Origin: an uncultured delta proteobacterium | GTDB taxonomy: Bacteria > Desulfobacterota > RBG-13-43-22 | DNA: 64,000 nucleotides | NCBI GenBank assembly: GCA_963743305.1 | Contig: CAVUPH010000025.1 | Coordinates: forward strand, 19,017 to 83,016 | Direction: 5' to 3' | Program-made: the position numbers and the translations under genes | In this document: piece after piece, positions 39,905 through 50,106 of the stretch | Position numbering within the stretch: position 1 is the stretch's first letter | Layout: every line of letters begins with the position of its first letter | Notes under the pieces: model-generated | The model's input: the letters and a program-made list of their open reading frames with translations, nothing else | Told to the model about the DNA's origin: nothing | Databases searched by the model: none

Positions 39905-40711
39905 CTAAGGCCAAGAAGATCGTGTTTGGTTTTCCCCCCGCTTAAACAATACCGTGCCACAGGCTCTTAACTCCTCATCCGTAGAGACGGTGCCGGTCAC
40001 CCCGGAAGCATCCTGGGCAGCCAGGAAGAGAGCGCATTTGACCATCTTGTCCGCGGAAACCCAGCCCTGGCGCTCCTCCGGTTTGGTCCAGAAGCGCATC
40101 CCCTCGGTATCCACCGGTTCTTTGGGCTTCAGGCCGTTGACGGCGATATTGGATTGCCCCACCTCCACGGCCAGACCATAGGTGAAACGGTCCAGCCCGG
40201 CCTTGGCCACGCCGTAGGCCACCCCGGTGGGGATCGTACCGGCGTCCCGTTCGTCAGCCGCCAGGGAGGAGATGTTGATGATGCTGCCCCTTTTCTGAGC
40301 GATCATGGCGGGCAGTACGGCCCGGGCGCATAAAAAGGCCCCCGTCAAGTTCACCCGCAGGACCGTTTCCCACCGTTTGAGCGGCGTTTCAATGATCGGG
40401 TAAAAGAAGGCCACGCCGGCGTTGTTGACCAGGATATCGACGGTCCCGAAAGCCGCTATGGCCGCCTGCACCATGGCCTGGACGCTTTCCTCCTGGGTCA
40501 CGTCGCATTGAATCGGCAGGGCCTGGCCCCCCCCGGCTTCGATCGCGGCGGCGGTTTCCTGGATGCTCCCTTCGAGCCCGCCCTCCTCGTGGGACAAAGA
40601 ACGGGCCGCCAGGACGACTTGCGCACCCCCCGGGCCAGTCCCAGGGCGATGGCTTTGCCGATGCCCCGACTGGCTCCGGTGACGATGGCGGTTTTGTCTT
40701 TGAGAAAGCAT
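39905..40711 (-). CDS. SDR-family oxidoreductase (frameshifted)
   Basis: AIVTGASRGIG in the alternate frame, DILVNNAG, IINISS, YGVAK. Confidence 0.88.
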   Translation of the reverse strand: MLSQRQNRHRHRSQSGHRQSHRPGTGPGGAQVVLAARSLSHEEGGLEGSIQETAAAIEAGGGQALPIQCDVTQEESVQAMVQAAIAAFGTVDILVNNAGVAFFYPIIETPLKRWETVLRVNLTGAFLCARAVLPAMIAQKRGSIINISSLAADERDAGTIPTGVAYGVAKAGLDRFTYGLAVEVGQSNIAVNGLKPKEPVDTEGMRFWTKPEERQGWVSADKMVKCALFLAAQDASGVTGTVSTDEELRACGTVLFKRGENQTRSSWP

Positions 40712-40936
40712 GGGTTTCTCCTAATTAATATTTCGTAAACGTTATTTACTGAACAGTCAGTCTGGTTCTCGGTTGAGGTGAATATTCCCAGTATTAATTT
40801 TTTCCTCGCAGGGGCTTTTTTACCCGTCGCCTCGTGCCGTGGGAAGGGATTACCCCTCCCCAATGAGTGGTTCCGCGGTCCCTTCTTGCGTGGGGCGTTT
40901 AAACCGGAACCGGCAACCAGTATCGGCCTTTCGCCT

Positions 40937-42262
40937 CTAATCATGCCGGCCAACAGCTTCCGCGGCAGCCAGCGTAGCCTGAACTCCGGAAACAAAATGA
41001 CGATGATCAGTAAGAGGGCTTGGATTCCCACAAAGGGAATCACCGACCGGATAATATCCCCCATGGAAATATTCGACGGCACAACTGCCTTCATGTAGAA
41101 AAGATTGAAGCCGAAGGGCGGGGTCAGGTAAGCCATTTCCATGTTGACGATGAAGAGCAACCCGAACCAGATGGGGTCGAAGCCCAGGGCCTTGATCACC
41201 GGCACGAAGACCGGCGTGCAGATCATGATGATCCCTCCCGGGTCCAGCAACATGCCCAGGATGAAGAGCACCGTCTGCATGCCGATCAGGACAATATACT
41301 TGGAAACCGGCAGGGTGGCGATCACTTCCTGAATGAAGTCCACGGCCCCGATGGCCGTATAGAGGGAGGTGAAGGCCGTGCCCCCGATGATGATCCAGAC
41401 CACCATGCTGCTGAGCCGCAGGGTGGAGTAACTCGATTCCTTGATCACCTTCCAGGAGAGGGTCCGGGACACGGCGGCGCAAACCATGGCCCCCAGAGCG
41501 CCCAGGCCCGCGGCCTCGGTGGGAGTAGCGACCCCTTTGAAGATGGAGCCGAGCACCAGGGCGATGAGGACCAGCGGGCAGGATCACGGCCCGCAGGGAT
41601 TCGAATTTTTCCTTCCAGGTAGCCCGTTTATCCTTGGGCAGGGCCGGCCCCAGGTCCTTCTGAAAAAAACAGCGGATCAGGATGTAGAAGATGAACATGA
41701 GCCCCAGCAGGATCCCCGGGACGATGCCGCTGGCAAAGAGGGCGCCGATGGATTCCCCGGAAAAGAGGCCGTAGAGGATGAAGGGGATGCTGGGCGGAAT
41801 CAGGACCCCCAGGGCCCCGCCGGCGCTGATGCAGCCGATGGAGATGTCCTTGTTGTAGCCCCGCTCCAGCATGGAGGGCAGGGCGATGAGCCCCATGCTC
41901 ACCGTGGCCGCCCCGCTGACCCCGACCATGGCGGCGAAGATCATGCAGATGATCACCGTCCCCACGGCCAAGCCACCCCGGACCCCGCCGAACCAGCGGT
42001 ACATCATTTCATAAAGGGCCTTGGCCAGCCCCGCCTGTTCGAGGACGACGCCCATGAAGATAAAAAGGGGAATGGCGATGAGAATGAAATTCTGCATGAC
42101 CCCGAAGCAGTTGGATGAAACCTGCATCAATCCCTGGGGTCCCCAGAGCAGGTAGGAAAAGATGACCGCCGCGCCGCCCATGACCATCACCAGGGAGGCG
42201 CCGGTGGCCAAAAACAGGAGCAGCCCGACAAACAAGAGGGTGGTGATCAATCCGAGGTCCAT
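40937..42262 (-). CDS. dctM: TRAP transporter large permease (frameshifted)
   Basis: LIAIPLFIFMG, GVLIPPSI, GVATPTEAAG, LTPPFGFNLF. Confidence 0.9.
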   Translation of the reverse strand: MDLGLITTLLFVGLLLFLATGASLVMVMGGAAVIFSYLLWGPQGLMQVSSNCFGVMQNFILIAIPLFIFMGVVLEQAGLAKALYEMMYRWFGGVRGGLAVGTVIICMIFAAMVGVSGAATVSMGLIALPSMLERGYNKDISIGCISAGGALGVLIPPSIPFILYGLFSGESIGALFASGIVPGILLGLMFIFYILIRCFFQKDLGPALPKDKRATWKEKFESLRAVILPAGPHRPGARLHLQRGRYSHRGRGPGRSGGHGLRRRVPDPLLEGDQGIELLHPAAQQHGGLDHHRGHGLHLPLYGHRGRGLHSGSDRHPAGFQVYCPDRHADGALHPGHVAGPGRDHHDLHAGLRAGDQGPGLRPHLVRVALHRQHGNGLPDPALRLQSFLHEGSCAVEYFHGGYYPVGDSLCGNPSPLTDHRHFVSGVQATLAAAEAVGRHD

Positions 42263-42275
42263 GGGCTACCCCTTT

Positions 42276-42848
42276 CTACCCGTTGAACGGAGTGTTTGGC
42301 AATCGCGAATGAATTTGGCGATGGCCTGCAGCAGGAACAACAGGGCCCCCAGAGGGAGGATGATCCGGAAGGGATAGAGCGGGGGCCCCCACTGGGTGGA
42401 ATCGTGCTCCAGGGTGATCAGCGACCGCCAGGCCCCTTCCCCCCTTCCAGAGCAGGATGCCCAGAAAGGGAATGGTCAGGATAAAAAAAGTGACGATATC
42501 CAGTATGGCCCTGCCCCGCGGGGAAAATCGGCTGTAAAAGATGTCCATGTTGACATGTTTGTTTTCCTTGGCCGTGTAGGCCCCGCCCAGCATGATAAAG
42601 GTGCCGAAAAGCATGGCCGACATCTCCTGGGCCCAGACGGTCGGTGCGCTAAAAAAATAACGCTTGACCACGTCGTAACTGACCATCAGGGCCAATACCA
42701 CGATCAATAGGCCGGCCATTTTCCCCACCGATTCGCTGAGCCAATCGATGCCGGCCAGCAGGCCGCCCCCGCCCTTTGACGGGCGGGGAGCGGATTGTTC
42801 CTCCCGGGTGGCAGAGGGACCGGGATCTTGCTTTTCTTCCCTGTTCAT
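42276..42848 (-). CDS. dctQ: TRAP transporter small permease (frameshift near the 3' end)
   Basis: YDVVKRYFFSAPTVWAQE, LGGAYT..HVNMDI. Confidence 0.88.
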   Translation of the reverse strand: MNREEKQDPGPSATREEQSAPRPSKGGGGLLAGIDWLSESVGKMAGLLIVVLALMVSYDVVKRYFFSAPTVWAQEMSAMLFGTFIMLGGAYTAKENKHVNMDIFYSRFSPRGRAILDIVTFFILTIPFLGILLWKGGRGLAVADHPGARFHPVGAPALSLPDHPPSGGPVVPAAGHRQIHSRLPNTPFNG

Positions 42849-42862
42849 GCCTCGCCTCCTGA

Positions 42863-43885
42863 TCAGTGGCCTTTTTCTTTCCGCAATTCCTTCAACAGGT
42901 TGACCGCCTTGGCGGACAGGGCGTCCTTCTTGGCCATCTCCGCCTCCAGTTCCTCGCCGACCTTATCCATTTTTTGCTGCTCGGCCTCGGGCAGGGTGAC
43001 GAACTGGACCTTCCATTTCTTGGCCATGTCCTCCTTGGCGGCCTTGGTCAGTGCCCGGGAACTGGTGAAGGCTGCCAGGCCGCCTTTCTGCAGGGACGAT
43101 TCGAGCGCGGCCCGCTGTTCGGGTTTCAGTTTTTTCCAGAGGTCCAGGTTGATCATGATGTTGTTCCAGGAGCCGATGATCGGTTCCGGTTCCATGTAGT
43201 TTTTAAGCACTTCCTGGAATTTCATTTCATACATGGGGCCCGCATCCCCCCAATGGGCGCCATCGACCACACCGGTGGCCAGGGCGGTATACAATTCCCC
43301 GGCGGCGACTACCGTGGTGGAGGCACCCAGCTTGCCGAGGAAATCGGCCATGATCCCCATGGCCCGCAGCTTCATCCCTTTCAGGTCCTCCACCTTGTTG
43401 ATCGGCTTCTTGGTCATCAGGCCGACCGAAAAGGGTTCATAAGGGATGATATAGACGTTGTGCTTGGCATAGCCTTCACGCAGGAGGTTGAGGTAGCCCT
43501 TCTTGAACATGAATTCCCGGACTTCATCAAAGTTAATAAAGGAATAAGGCACCCCCTGGCCGATTTCGCTGACCGGGATGGCCTTATACCAGAAGCCTTC
43601 CGGATACATGGCCAGATCGAGCGTGCCCTTGCCGACGGCGTCCATCATCTCCTTCACCGGGACGATGGCTCCCGCCGGGAAAATGGTGAGCTCCAGGGTC
43701 CCCTTGGAGGCCGCGGCCAGGTCCTGGGCCAAGGTGGCCGTGACCCGCTTGGTCTGGGTCGGGATCAGGTGGGTCTGCATCCGAAGTTTCAGTTTGGGTT
43801 CATCCGCCGCACCGGCCAGCGTGCCGATGACGAACACCATGACCATTCCCAATACCAGTGCCCAAAAACCGTTTCTGTGCTTCAT
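42863..43885 (-). CDS. dctP: TRAP transporter substrate-binding protein
   Basis: Signal peptide, IFPAGAIV, DLKGMKLR, ELYTALATGVVDG. Confidence 0.92.
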   Translation of the reverse strand: MKHRNGFWALVLGMVMVFVIGTLAGAADEPKLKLRMQTHLIPTQTKRVTATLAQDLAAASKGTLELTIFPAGAIVPVKEMMDAVGKGTLDLAMYPEGFWYKAIPVSEIGQGVPYSFINFDEVREFMFKKGYLNLLREGYAKHNVYIIPYEPFSVGLMTKKPINKVEDLKGMKLRAMGIMADFLGKLGASTTVVAAGELYTALATGVVDGAHWGDAGPMYEMKFQEVLKNYMEPEPIIGSWNNIMINLDLWKKLKPEQRAALESSLQKGGLAAFTSSRALTKAAKEDMAKKWKVQFVTLPEAEQQKMDKVGEELEAEMAKKDALSAKAVNLLKELRKEKGH

Positions 43886-43939
43886 ACTTCTTCCTCCTTT
43901 GGTTAATTAATAATTGGTAATTAAAAATTGATGATTGAT

Positions 43940-45612
43940 TATTAATTACGGCTTTCACTCCGGCATTCTCGGTTTCCTCCTTGACCAGGATTCGTTTTAG
44001 AAGCTTCCCGGCCGCGCTTTTCGGCAGTTCTTCCCGAAACTCGACCAGGTGCGGGCGCTTGTAGGCCGCCATATTTTCCTTGCACCAGTCCAGGATTTCC
44101 TTCTCCGAAATCTTCCCCGCATATTCCGGTTTCAGGATGATGAAGGCCTTGGGCGTCTCACCGCGATAGGGATCGGTGACCCCGATAACCGCTGTTTCTT
44201 TAACGGCCGGATGCCGGTAGAGCAGGGCCTCCACCTCGGCCGGAAAGACGCTGTACCCGGAGCACTTGATCAGCTCCCGTTTGCGGCCCAGGAACTTGAC
44301 GTACCCTTCCTCGTCCATGAGCCCCAGGTCCCCGGTATGGAGCCAGCCGTCGCGGAGGACCTCGGCCGTCTCCTTCGGATTGTTCCAGTAGCCGAGCATG
44401 ACCACCGGCCCTTTGATGGTGATTTCCCCCTCCTCGTTCGGCCCCAGTTCGCGCGTCCCGGTCTCCAGGTCCCGGATCTCGATCTCATTGAGCTGGGGGA
44501 TGCCCAGAAAACCCGGCTTGTAGCGGTGTAGGGGAGTGACAGCTCCGCCATGGGAGATGGTTTCCGAAAGGCCGTAGCCTTCGCCGATGGCCGCCCGGGG
44601 CGCCAGTTCTTTCAATTGATTCTGAAGTTCTACCGAGATGGGGGTGCCGCCGGTCAACAGGACCCGGAAGGAAGAAAAATCGTATTGCCGGACATTGGGC
44701 AGACTGAGCAGGGCGATCATCATGGTGGTGGCCCCCACCCAGTAGGTGCAGCGGTAATGGGTGATGGCCTGAGCCACCACCTCCGGGACAAACCGGGCGA
44801 GGATCACGATCCGGCCGCCGGATACCAACGGGGTGCAGAGGAGTTGCTGCTGCCCCATGACATGGAAGAAAGGGGTCACGCCGAGGTGCACGTCGTCCTC
44901 CCGGTGACGAAACCAGTACATGGCCCCCAGGTTGGCGCAGCTCAGGGTGTGGTGGCTGATCATGGCCCCTTTGGGCAGTCCCGTGGTCCCGCCGGTATAC
45001 TGAAGGATGGCCAGTTCCTTCTCCAGGTCCGTTACCCGGCAGATGGGTTGATCGGAGGATCGTTCGAGGAGGTCCTGGAAGTCGATCGTGTCCGGAAAGA
45101 GTGTGTTTGGGCTCCGTTGCTTCCTTGGGCAGGGGGAGGATGGGTTCGGGCGGGAGGTACTCACTAAGGGAAGTCAGTATGACCTGTTTAAGCGGGGTCC
45201 GGCTACGGACCTTTTCCAGCTCGGGATAAAGCGTATCGAGCCCGATCAGGGTTTCCGCCTGGGCGTCGTTCAATTCGTAATCCAGTTCGGCCTGTTTGAA
45301 CATGGGGTTGACCGGCACCACGACCGCCCCGGCCCGTTGGATGCCGAAATAGGCGATGACGAACTGGGGGCAGTTTTCCATGTGGATGGCCACCCGGTCG
45401 CCCGGTTTGATTCCCAGATCCACCAGTCCCCAGGCGCACCGGTCGATCAGACTGTTCAACTCCTGGTAGGTGAAGTCCCGACCATGGAAACTGAGGGCGA
45501 TGTGGCCGGGGGTCAGGAATGCCCAATCCCGAAGGTACTCGGAAGTCGGCTTCTCGACGGTAATCGTTTTTGGAACCCAGAGGGGCCAGACTTTATGCCA
45601 GCGACGTTCCAT
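43940..45612 (-). CDS. Long-chain-fatty-acid-CoA ligase (frameshifted; 3' end approximate)
   Basis: QYTGGTTGLPKG, EGYGLSE, GWLHTGD, LPKSAAGKLLKR. Confidence 0.9.
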
Positions 45613-45663
45613 AGACAGCCTCCCTTGAAGCGATGATTCAGTCTATTCTTATATTGGTCTCTA

Positions 45664-45685
45664 CTGGATTGAATGTTCAGTCCAG
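45664..45685. promoter_or_regulatory. TetR-type operator palindrome
   Basis: CTGGATTGAA-TG-TTCAGTCCAG; related sites at 46331-46349, 45637-45646 and 40747-40763. Confidence 0.65.
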
Positions 45686-45701
45686 AAACGCCCCAAAAAA
45701 A

Positions 45702-46307
45702 CTATTTCTTTTGCCGGTCGGCCACTCCCTCCAAAATAAACGTACGGACGGTACGGACGAAAGCAGGCATATCCATGGAATCCCCATGCACCAGCCACTG
45801 GACCAGCATCCCGGTATGACAGGCAATGATGGCATGGGCATAGAGGGCCGAATCCACTTTCTTTTTCACGGAACCGTCCTTTTTCCCTTCATTCAGCATT
45901 TCCTCGATAATGCGGCTGAATTTTTCGTAAACGTTTTTAGCTATTTTTTCCGCTTCGGAGTTGGTGCCCACGATTTCGTTCAGGAGGGTATTGAAGGCCA
46001 ACGACAGGTCCCGGTGATCTCGGGCGAATTCCGTGGAATACTTATGAAAAATACGATACTTGGCCGTGAAATCCCCCCGAACGGACCGGACCGTTTCCGC
46101 CAATTTCTCCAACAGTTCCGTGTCAAATTTCCGAAAGATGGTGATCAGAATATCATCTTTACTTTTGAAGTACCAATAAAGGGTCCCACGACCGATGCCG
46201 GCCGATTCCGTAATCTCCTTGACCGAGGTCCCCCGGTACCCCTTGGCCAGGAAAAGCCGGGTACTGGCTTCGATGATCCTTTCCTTGACATCACTTTTCT
46301 CGGCCAT
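45702..46307 (-). CDS. TetR/AcrR-family regulator
   Basis: IIEASTRLFLAKGYRGTSVKEITESAGIGRGTLYWYFKSKDDIL. Confidence 0.93.
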   Translation of the reverse strand: MAEKSDVKERIIEASTRLFLAKGYRGTSVKEITESAGIGRGTLYWYFKSKDDILITIFRKFDTELLEKLAETVRSVRGDFTAKYRIFHKYSTEFARDHRDLSLAFNTLLNEIVGTNSEAEKIAKNVYEKFSRIIEEMLNEGKKDGSVKKKVDSALYAHAIIACHTGMLVQWLVHGDSMDMPAFVRTVRTFILEGVADRQKK

Positions 46308-46447
46308 CTCTTGAAGGTTTCCTTTTCCTGTATCGACCGTTCAGTCTATTGCCGGCTAAATTTTTATTACAACTACAATGCCGATGTCAAGAAAAAAATT
46401 TCGAGTGCGCGTTCAGGACGTTAGGAACGCCCAGGAGGATCATTTTT

Positions 46448-46603
46448 CATGGTTTCGCAAAAAGTCCCCAGCCCTGTCATTGCGAGGAGTGAAGCGACGA
46501 AGCAATCCCCAAGATATCAGCTAGTTACCATGGTGGGGATTGCTTCCCCCGGATCGAGTCCGGGGTCGCAATGACAGGTTTTTGGATTTTTTGCGAGTCC
46601 GTC
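46448..46603. mobile_element. ~156-bp MITE, copy 2 (inverted relative to copy 1)
   Basis: Reverse complement of 1634-1788 with few differences; flanked by the direct repeat ATTTTT. Confidence 0.8.
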
Positions 46604-46743
46604 ATTTTTCACGGTTTGAAAACTTTTAGCTTTAAATCCTTGATCGACTTGAAATGTTTGACATTGGAGGCGAATAATTAAGTGAGCTTGCCCGCCATGT
46701 TCCCCTTGCGCTTCCGGGGGACGCACTTTCCGAAGTTGCAACC

Positions 46744-47228
46744 TCAACCGCGGCGCGCCGCCTCGATTGTTGCAATGTCAATCTTTTTCATCTGCATCAT
46801 CGCATCGAACGCGCGCTTGGCGGCATCGGCATCGGAATCGTTGACCGCTCTCGTCAGGGTGATCGGCGTAATCTGCCAGGACAATCCCCATTTGTCCTGG
46901 CACCAGCCGCACGCGCTCTCCTGACCGCCATTGCCGACGATCGCCTCCCAGTAGCGATCCGTTTCGTCTTGGTCAGCAGTTGCGACCTGAAACGAGAACG
47001 CTTCGCTGTGCTTGAACGCGGGTCCGCCATTGAGCCCGAGGCAGGGAATGCCCATCACGGTAAACTCGACCGTCAATACATCCCCTTTCTTCCCGGACGG
47101 AAAGTCTCCGCGGCTCGGTGCACCGCGCCGACGGATGAATCGGGAAAGGTCTTGGCGTAAAACCTCGCCGCGTCCTCGGCGTCGCCATCGTACCAAAGGC
47201 AAATCGTGTTCTTGGCTGGCTTCATCAT
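46744..47228 (-). CDS. VOC/PhnB-family protein (frameshift near 47110)
   Basis: KNTICLWYDGDAEDAARFYAKTFP in the alternate frame; LNGGPAFKHSEAFSFQV, CGWCQDKWGLSWQI. Confidence 0.88.
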
Positions 47229-47229
47229 G

Positions 47230-47784
47230 TCATTTCTCCTTTCTCTGATAGCGAAGGATCACGCAGCCGGTAGAAAGCGGGCGTGTTTCGAGCAACTCAA
47301 GCTCTTGCGGTTTCAATCCGCCACTGAACAATAGTCTGCCCTTGCCATGAATGACCGGTGCAATACCAAGGCGATATTCATCAAAGAGTCCTTCGTTCAT
47401 AAGAGTCTTCGAGAGATTGGCGCTCCCGAAGACGAATATGTTCCCATTTCCCTGTTGCTTCAGTCTGGCTACTTCTCCAGCCACGTTGTCCTTTACCAGT
47501 GTCGTGTTGTTCCAGGCGGCCGTCTGAAGCGTGCGCGAACAGACCACCTTCGGAAGACTGTTCATGTAATCCGCAATTTTACCCTGGGCCGTCTGCCAAT
47601 ATGCGGCCATGCCCTCATATGTCACGCGCCCGAACAAAAGCATGTCGGCCGACTCCAGCTGCTCGATGGAGAATCGTTCGAGTTCTTCGCCCCAAACCCG
47701 TTCGTGCCACGGCAAGTCCCAGTTCTTCACGCCCTCGAAGTAACCATCTAGGGTGATGAGATTCCACATGATCAGTTTTCGCAT
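47230..47784 (-). CDS. Dihydrofolate reductase/RibD C-terminal-domain protein
   Basis: MRKLIMWNLITLDGYF, LLFGRVTYE, IFVFGSANL, DEYRLGIAPVIHGKGRLLF. Confidence 0.9.
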   Translation of the reverse strand: MRKLIMWNLITLDGYFEGVKNWDLPWHERVWGEELERFSIEQLESADMLLFGRVTYEGMAAYWQTAQGKIADYMNSLPKVVCSRTLQTAAWNNTTLVKDNVAGEVARLKQQGNGNIFVFGSANLSKTLMNEGLFDEYRLGIAPVIHGKGRLLFSGGLKPQELELLETRPLSTGCVILRYQRKEK

Positions 47785-47806
47785 CGCGTGATCTTCCTTT
47801 CGTGTC

Positions 47807-47897
47807 GTCTAGCGCGGTGTTGACCCGTGGCACGCAGCTTGCGGGGCCAAAGGCCCGTGCCAGCCAGTGCCATCGGTGTCCAACGGCCTGGTTGGCG
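47807..47897 (-). mobile_element. Degenerate integron attC site
   Basis: Minus strand: R'' CGCCAAC, GTTGGAC..GTCAAC L boxes, internal hairpin, R'-like GCTAGAC about 20 bp before the DHFR ATG. Confidence 0.6.
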
Positions 47898-47909
47898 CCG
47901 CCGCGGCGG

Positions 47910-47972
47910 CGCCAATGCCGACATAACCTGGAGCGGGCCGTTTGCGCGATCAGGCGCATGGCGTGGTTCTCC
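47910..47972 (-). mobile_element. Degenerate integron attC site
   Basis: Minus strand GGAGAAC-CACGCC-ATGCGCCTGA..CAGGTTATG-TCGGC-ATTGGCG, starting 3 bp after the toxin stop. Confidence 0.55.
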
Positions 47973-47975
47973 GGC

Positions 47976-48257
47976 TTATCGGTTCTTCAAATATTGTTTC
48001 AAGTCTCGATAATAATTCTCGTGAGGCCCAATCATAACAAGCTCCAAATCACCGCCAACACTTCGATAGGATAGCAAATACTGAATTGTTTTGAGTTTGA
48101 ATTTGTGTACGAAAACGCCTCTCAAGTCACCCTTCTTTTCTTCGCCAACGCCGGGGTCATCCGCTAATTTTTTTATTTCTCGATCCAATGCGTCCTTTTC
48201 GGACTTTGACATCTTTTTTACTTTTTTCTCAAATGACCTTGATTGGTAAATTCTCAT
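47976..48257 (-). CDS. RelE/ParE-family toxin
   Basis: IYQSRSFEKKVKK..DPGVGEEKKGDLRGVFVHKF..IGPHENYYRDLK. Confidence 0.9.
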   Translation of the reverse strand: MRIYQSRSFEKKVKKMSKSEKDALDREIKKLADDPGVGEEKKGDLRGVFVHKFKLKTIQYLLSYRSVGGDLELVMIGPHENYYRDLKQYLKNR

Positions 48258-48263
48258 AACGAA

Positions 48264-48482
48264 CTACCCAAACTTATATTCGGTCTTCTCGTTCTCGTCC
48301 AACTCGTCCAACCCAATCAGGATTTCCTTTATGAGGGAATAGGGCAAGTCAGGATTCTCTTCTGCGCATTTGCCCATGCGCGCCCAATGCTCAATCTGAC
48401 CAGCCAAAGACCTGTGATCAATCCGCCCAAATCTTTTTGCCTCATCTACAAGTTTTGCAGATATTCTTACTGCTGTGGCCAT
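48264..48482 (-). CDS. ParD-like antitoxin
   Basis: MATAVRISAKLVDEAK..HRSLAGQIEHWARMGKCAEENPDLPYSLIKEIL. Confidence 0.9.
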   Translation of the reverse strand: MATAVRISAKLVDEAKRFGRIDHRSLAGQIEHWARMGKCAEENPDLPYSLIKEILIGLDELDENEKTEYKFG

Positions 48483-48624
48483 GATTGTTCCTCCAAACGG
48501 TAATGTTGCAATATGCTGTCATATTATTTTAAAGCAGAGCATAATGCAACAATTGATTGCTCAGCACAATAGGTTGACTGGTTTACGGGCGGCAATAAAA
48601 ATAGACCGTTTTCTCGCCCGGCAA

Positions 48625-49838
48625 TCAGGCAACGACCCCCCGGTCTTTAAAACTTCCGATTTCCTCCGGACCATATCCCAACCCGGTCAGAATCTCTTCG
48701 GTATGCTGCCCCAATCCGGGGGCCGGAAGCCGCCAGGAGGCCGGGGTTTCGCTGAAATCCCAGGGAAAGCCCGGCATGGTCAGAGGGCCCCATTCGGGAT
48801 GCGGGACCTCAATGAAATAGTTGTTGGCCCAGGCCTGGGGGTCTTGGGTCACTTCCTGGGGCGTCTTGACCGGCGTAAAGATGCAGCCTTCCTGCTCCAG
48901 AATATCCATCCATTCCTGCCGGTCCCGGGAGGCGAAGCGATCGTCCAGGAGGGCTACCAGTTCCGCGGCGTTTTTCCCCCGGGCGGCGATATGGGAGAAG
49001 CGGGCGTCTTCTCGAATTTCTTCCAACCCCAGGGCCTTGCAGAGTTTAGCCCAATAGCGGTCGGGGTCGAGGTGGGCGATGGCCAGCCATTTATCATCCC
49101 GGCAACGGTAATGGTTATAGAGCGGGTTGCCCGCCCGGGCCCGGACCTGACGGGGGAATTCCTTCCCCATAATGGCCGGGGCGGCCAGGACAAAGGCCAG
49201 GGCCCCGATCAGTCCGCTCATCAGGGAGGTGTCCACCACCTGTCCCTTTCCGGTCTTTTCCCGGGCGAAGAGCGCTGCCGTTACCCCCCAGGCGCACATC
49301 AGGCCTCCGATCTCATCGCCGATACCCGGCAGGATCTGACCCGGCGGGTCACCCGGTTCCCCGGCCGCCATCATCAACCCGCAGCGGGCAATCCCCGTAT
49401 AGTCGAAGGAAAAGTCTTCCGCCTCCTCGCCTTTCCGCCCCCAGCCCGAGGCGTGGGCGTAGATCAACCGGGGATTACGGGCCAGCAGGGCACTTCCGGC
49501 CCGATGCCCATCTTTTCCGGCGCCTGGATACTCATGTTGTTGAGGAAGACGTCCGCCGTGTCGATCAGCCGAAGAAACAAGTCCCGGCCTTCCGGTTTTT
49601 TCAGGTCGATGACGATGCTTTTCTTGTTCCGGTTACCGTGCTCAAAATAATAGTTGTTCCCCTCCAGCCCGGCCATGGCCCCGATGATCTTCATAAAGCC
49701 CCGGCCCGGGTCCCCGGCCGGAGATTCCACCTTGATCACCTCGGCCCCCAAATCTCCCAACCGCATCCCGGCCACCGGCCCCTGTTGAAACAAGGTGATT
49801 TCCACCACTCGGATTCCATCCAACGGTCCCTTTTTCAT
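48625..49838 (-). CDS. CaiB/BaiF class III CoA-transferase (frameshift near 49480)
   Basis: PLDGIRVVE, LGAEVIKVE, NRNKKSIVIDLK, PAPGLGQHTEEIL. Confidence 0.92.
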
Positions 49839-49896
49839 TTATTTTTCTCCTTTCTTTTTTTGCCGCAGACCCACATAGTCGAGAATAGGCATTTTT

Positions 49897-49944
49897 ATAA
49901 ATAAAAAAGGGCCATGGTATTTCCCATGGCCCTTTTTTATTTAT
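49897..49944. terminator. Perfect 21-bp inverted repeat, terminator-like
   Basis: ATAAATAAAAAAGGGCCATGG-TATTTC-CCATGGCCCTTTTTTATTTAT. Confidence 0.8.
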
Positions 49945-50106
49945 TCCATGGGCGGCCCCTTTCAGGTCCGCCCGGCTTTGCTATCGGTTATGTCCGGCAG
50001 AAAAGGGCAGACCCGTTCCTAAAGCTAAAAAAGCTAAAGTTAAAAAATCGGGTTTGCACCTGTCCGCTCACTTGGTATGTCCTTCCTTTAAGAAAAAACT
50101 AACAAC

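Noticed and set aside
43890-43950. C-terminal extension of the CoA ligase into dctP (INNQSSIFNYQLLIN)
   Set aside because: This is read-through into an AT-rich intergenic low-complexity repeat, probably from an indel, not a real fusion.
47230-47784. Trimethoprim-resistance dfrA/dfrB cassette
   Set aside because: The motifs fit the widespread RibD C-terminal/DHFR-like family rather than canonical Dfr enzymes, so resistance cannot be claimed.
49960-50065. Canonical c-di-GMP-I riboswitch
   Set aside because: The GCAAACC and GCAAAGCC words are present, but the GNRA-capped stem and spacing do not match. Kept only as an unknown structured leader.
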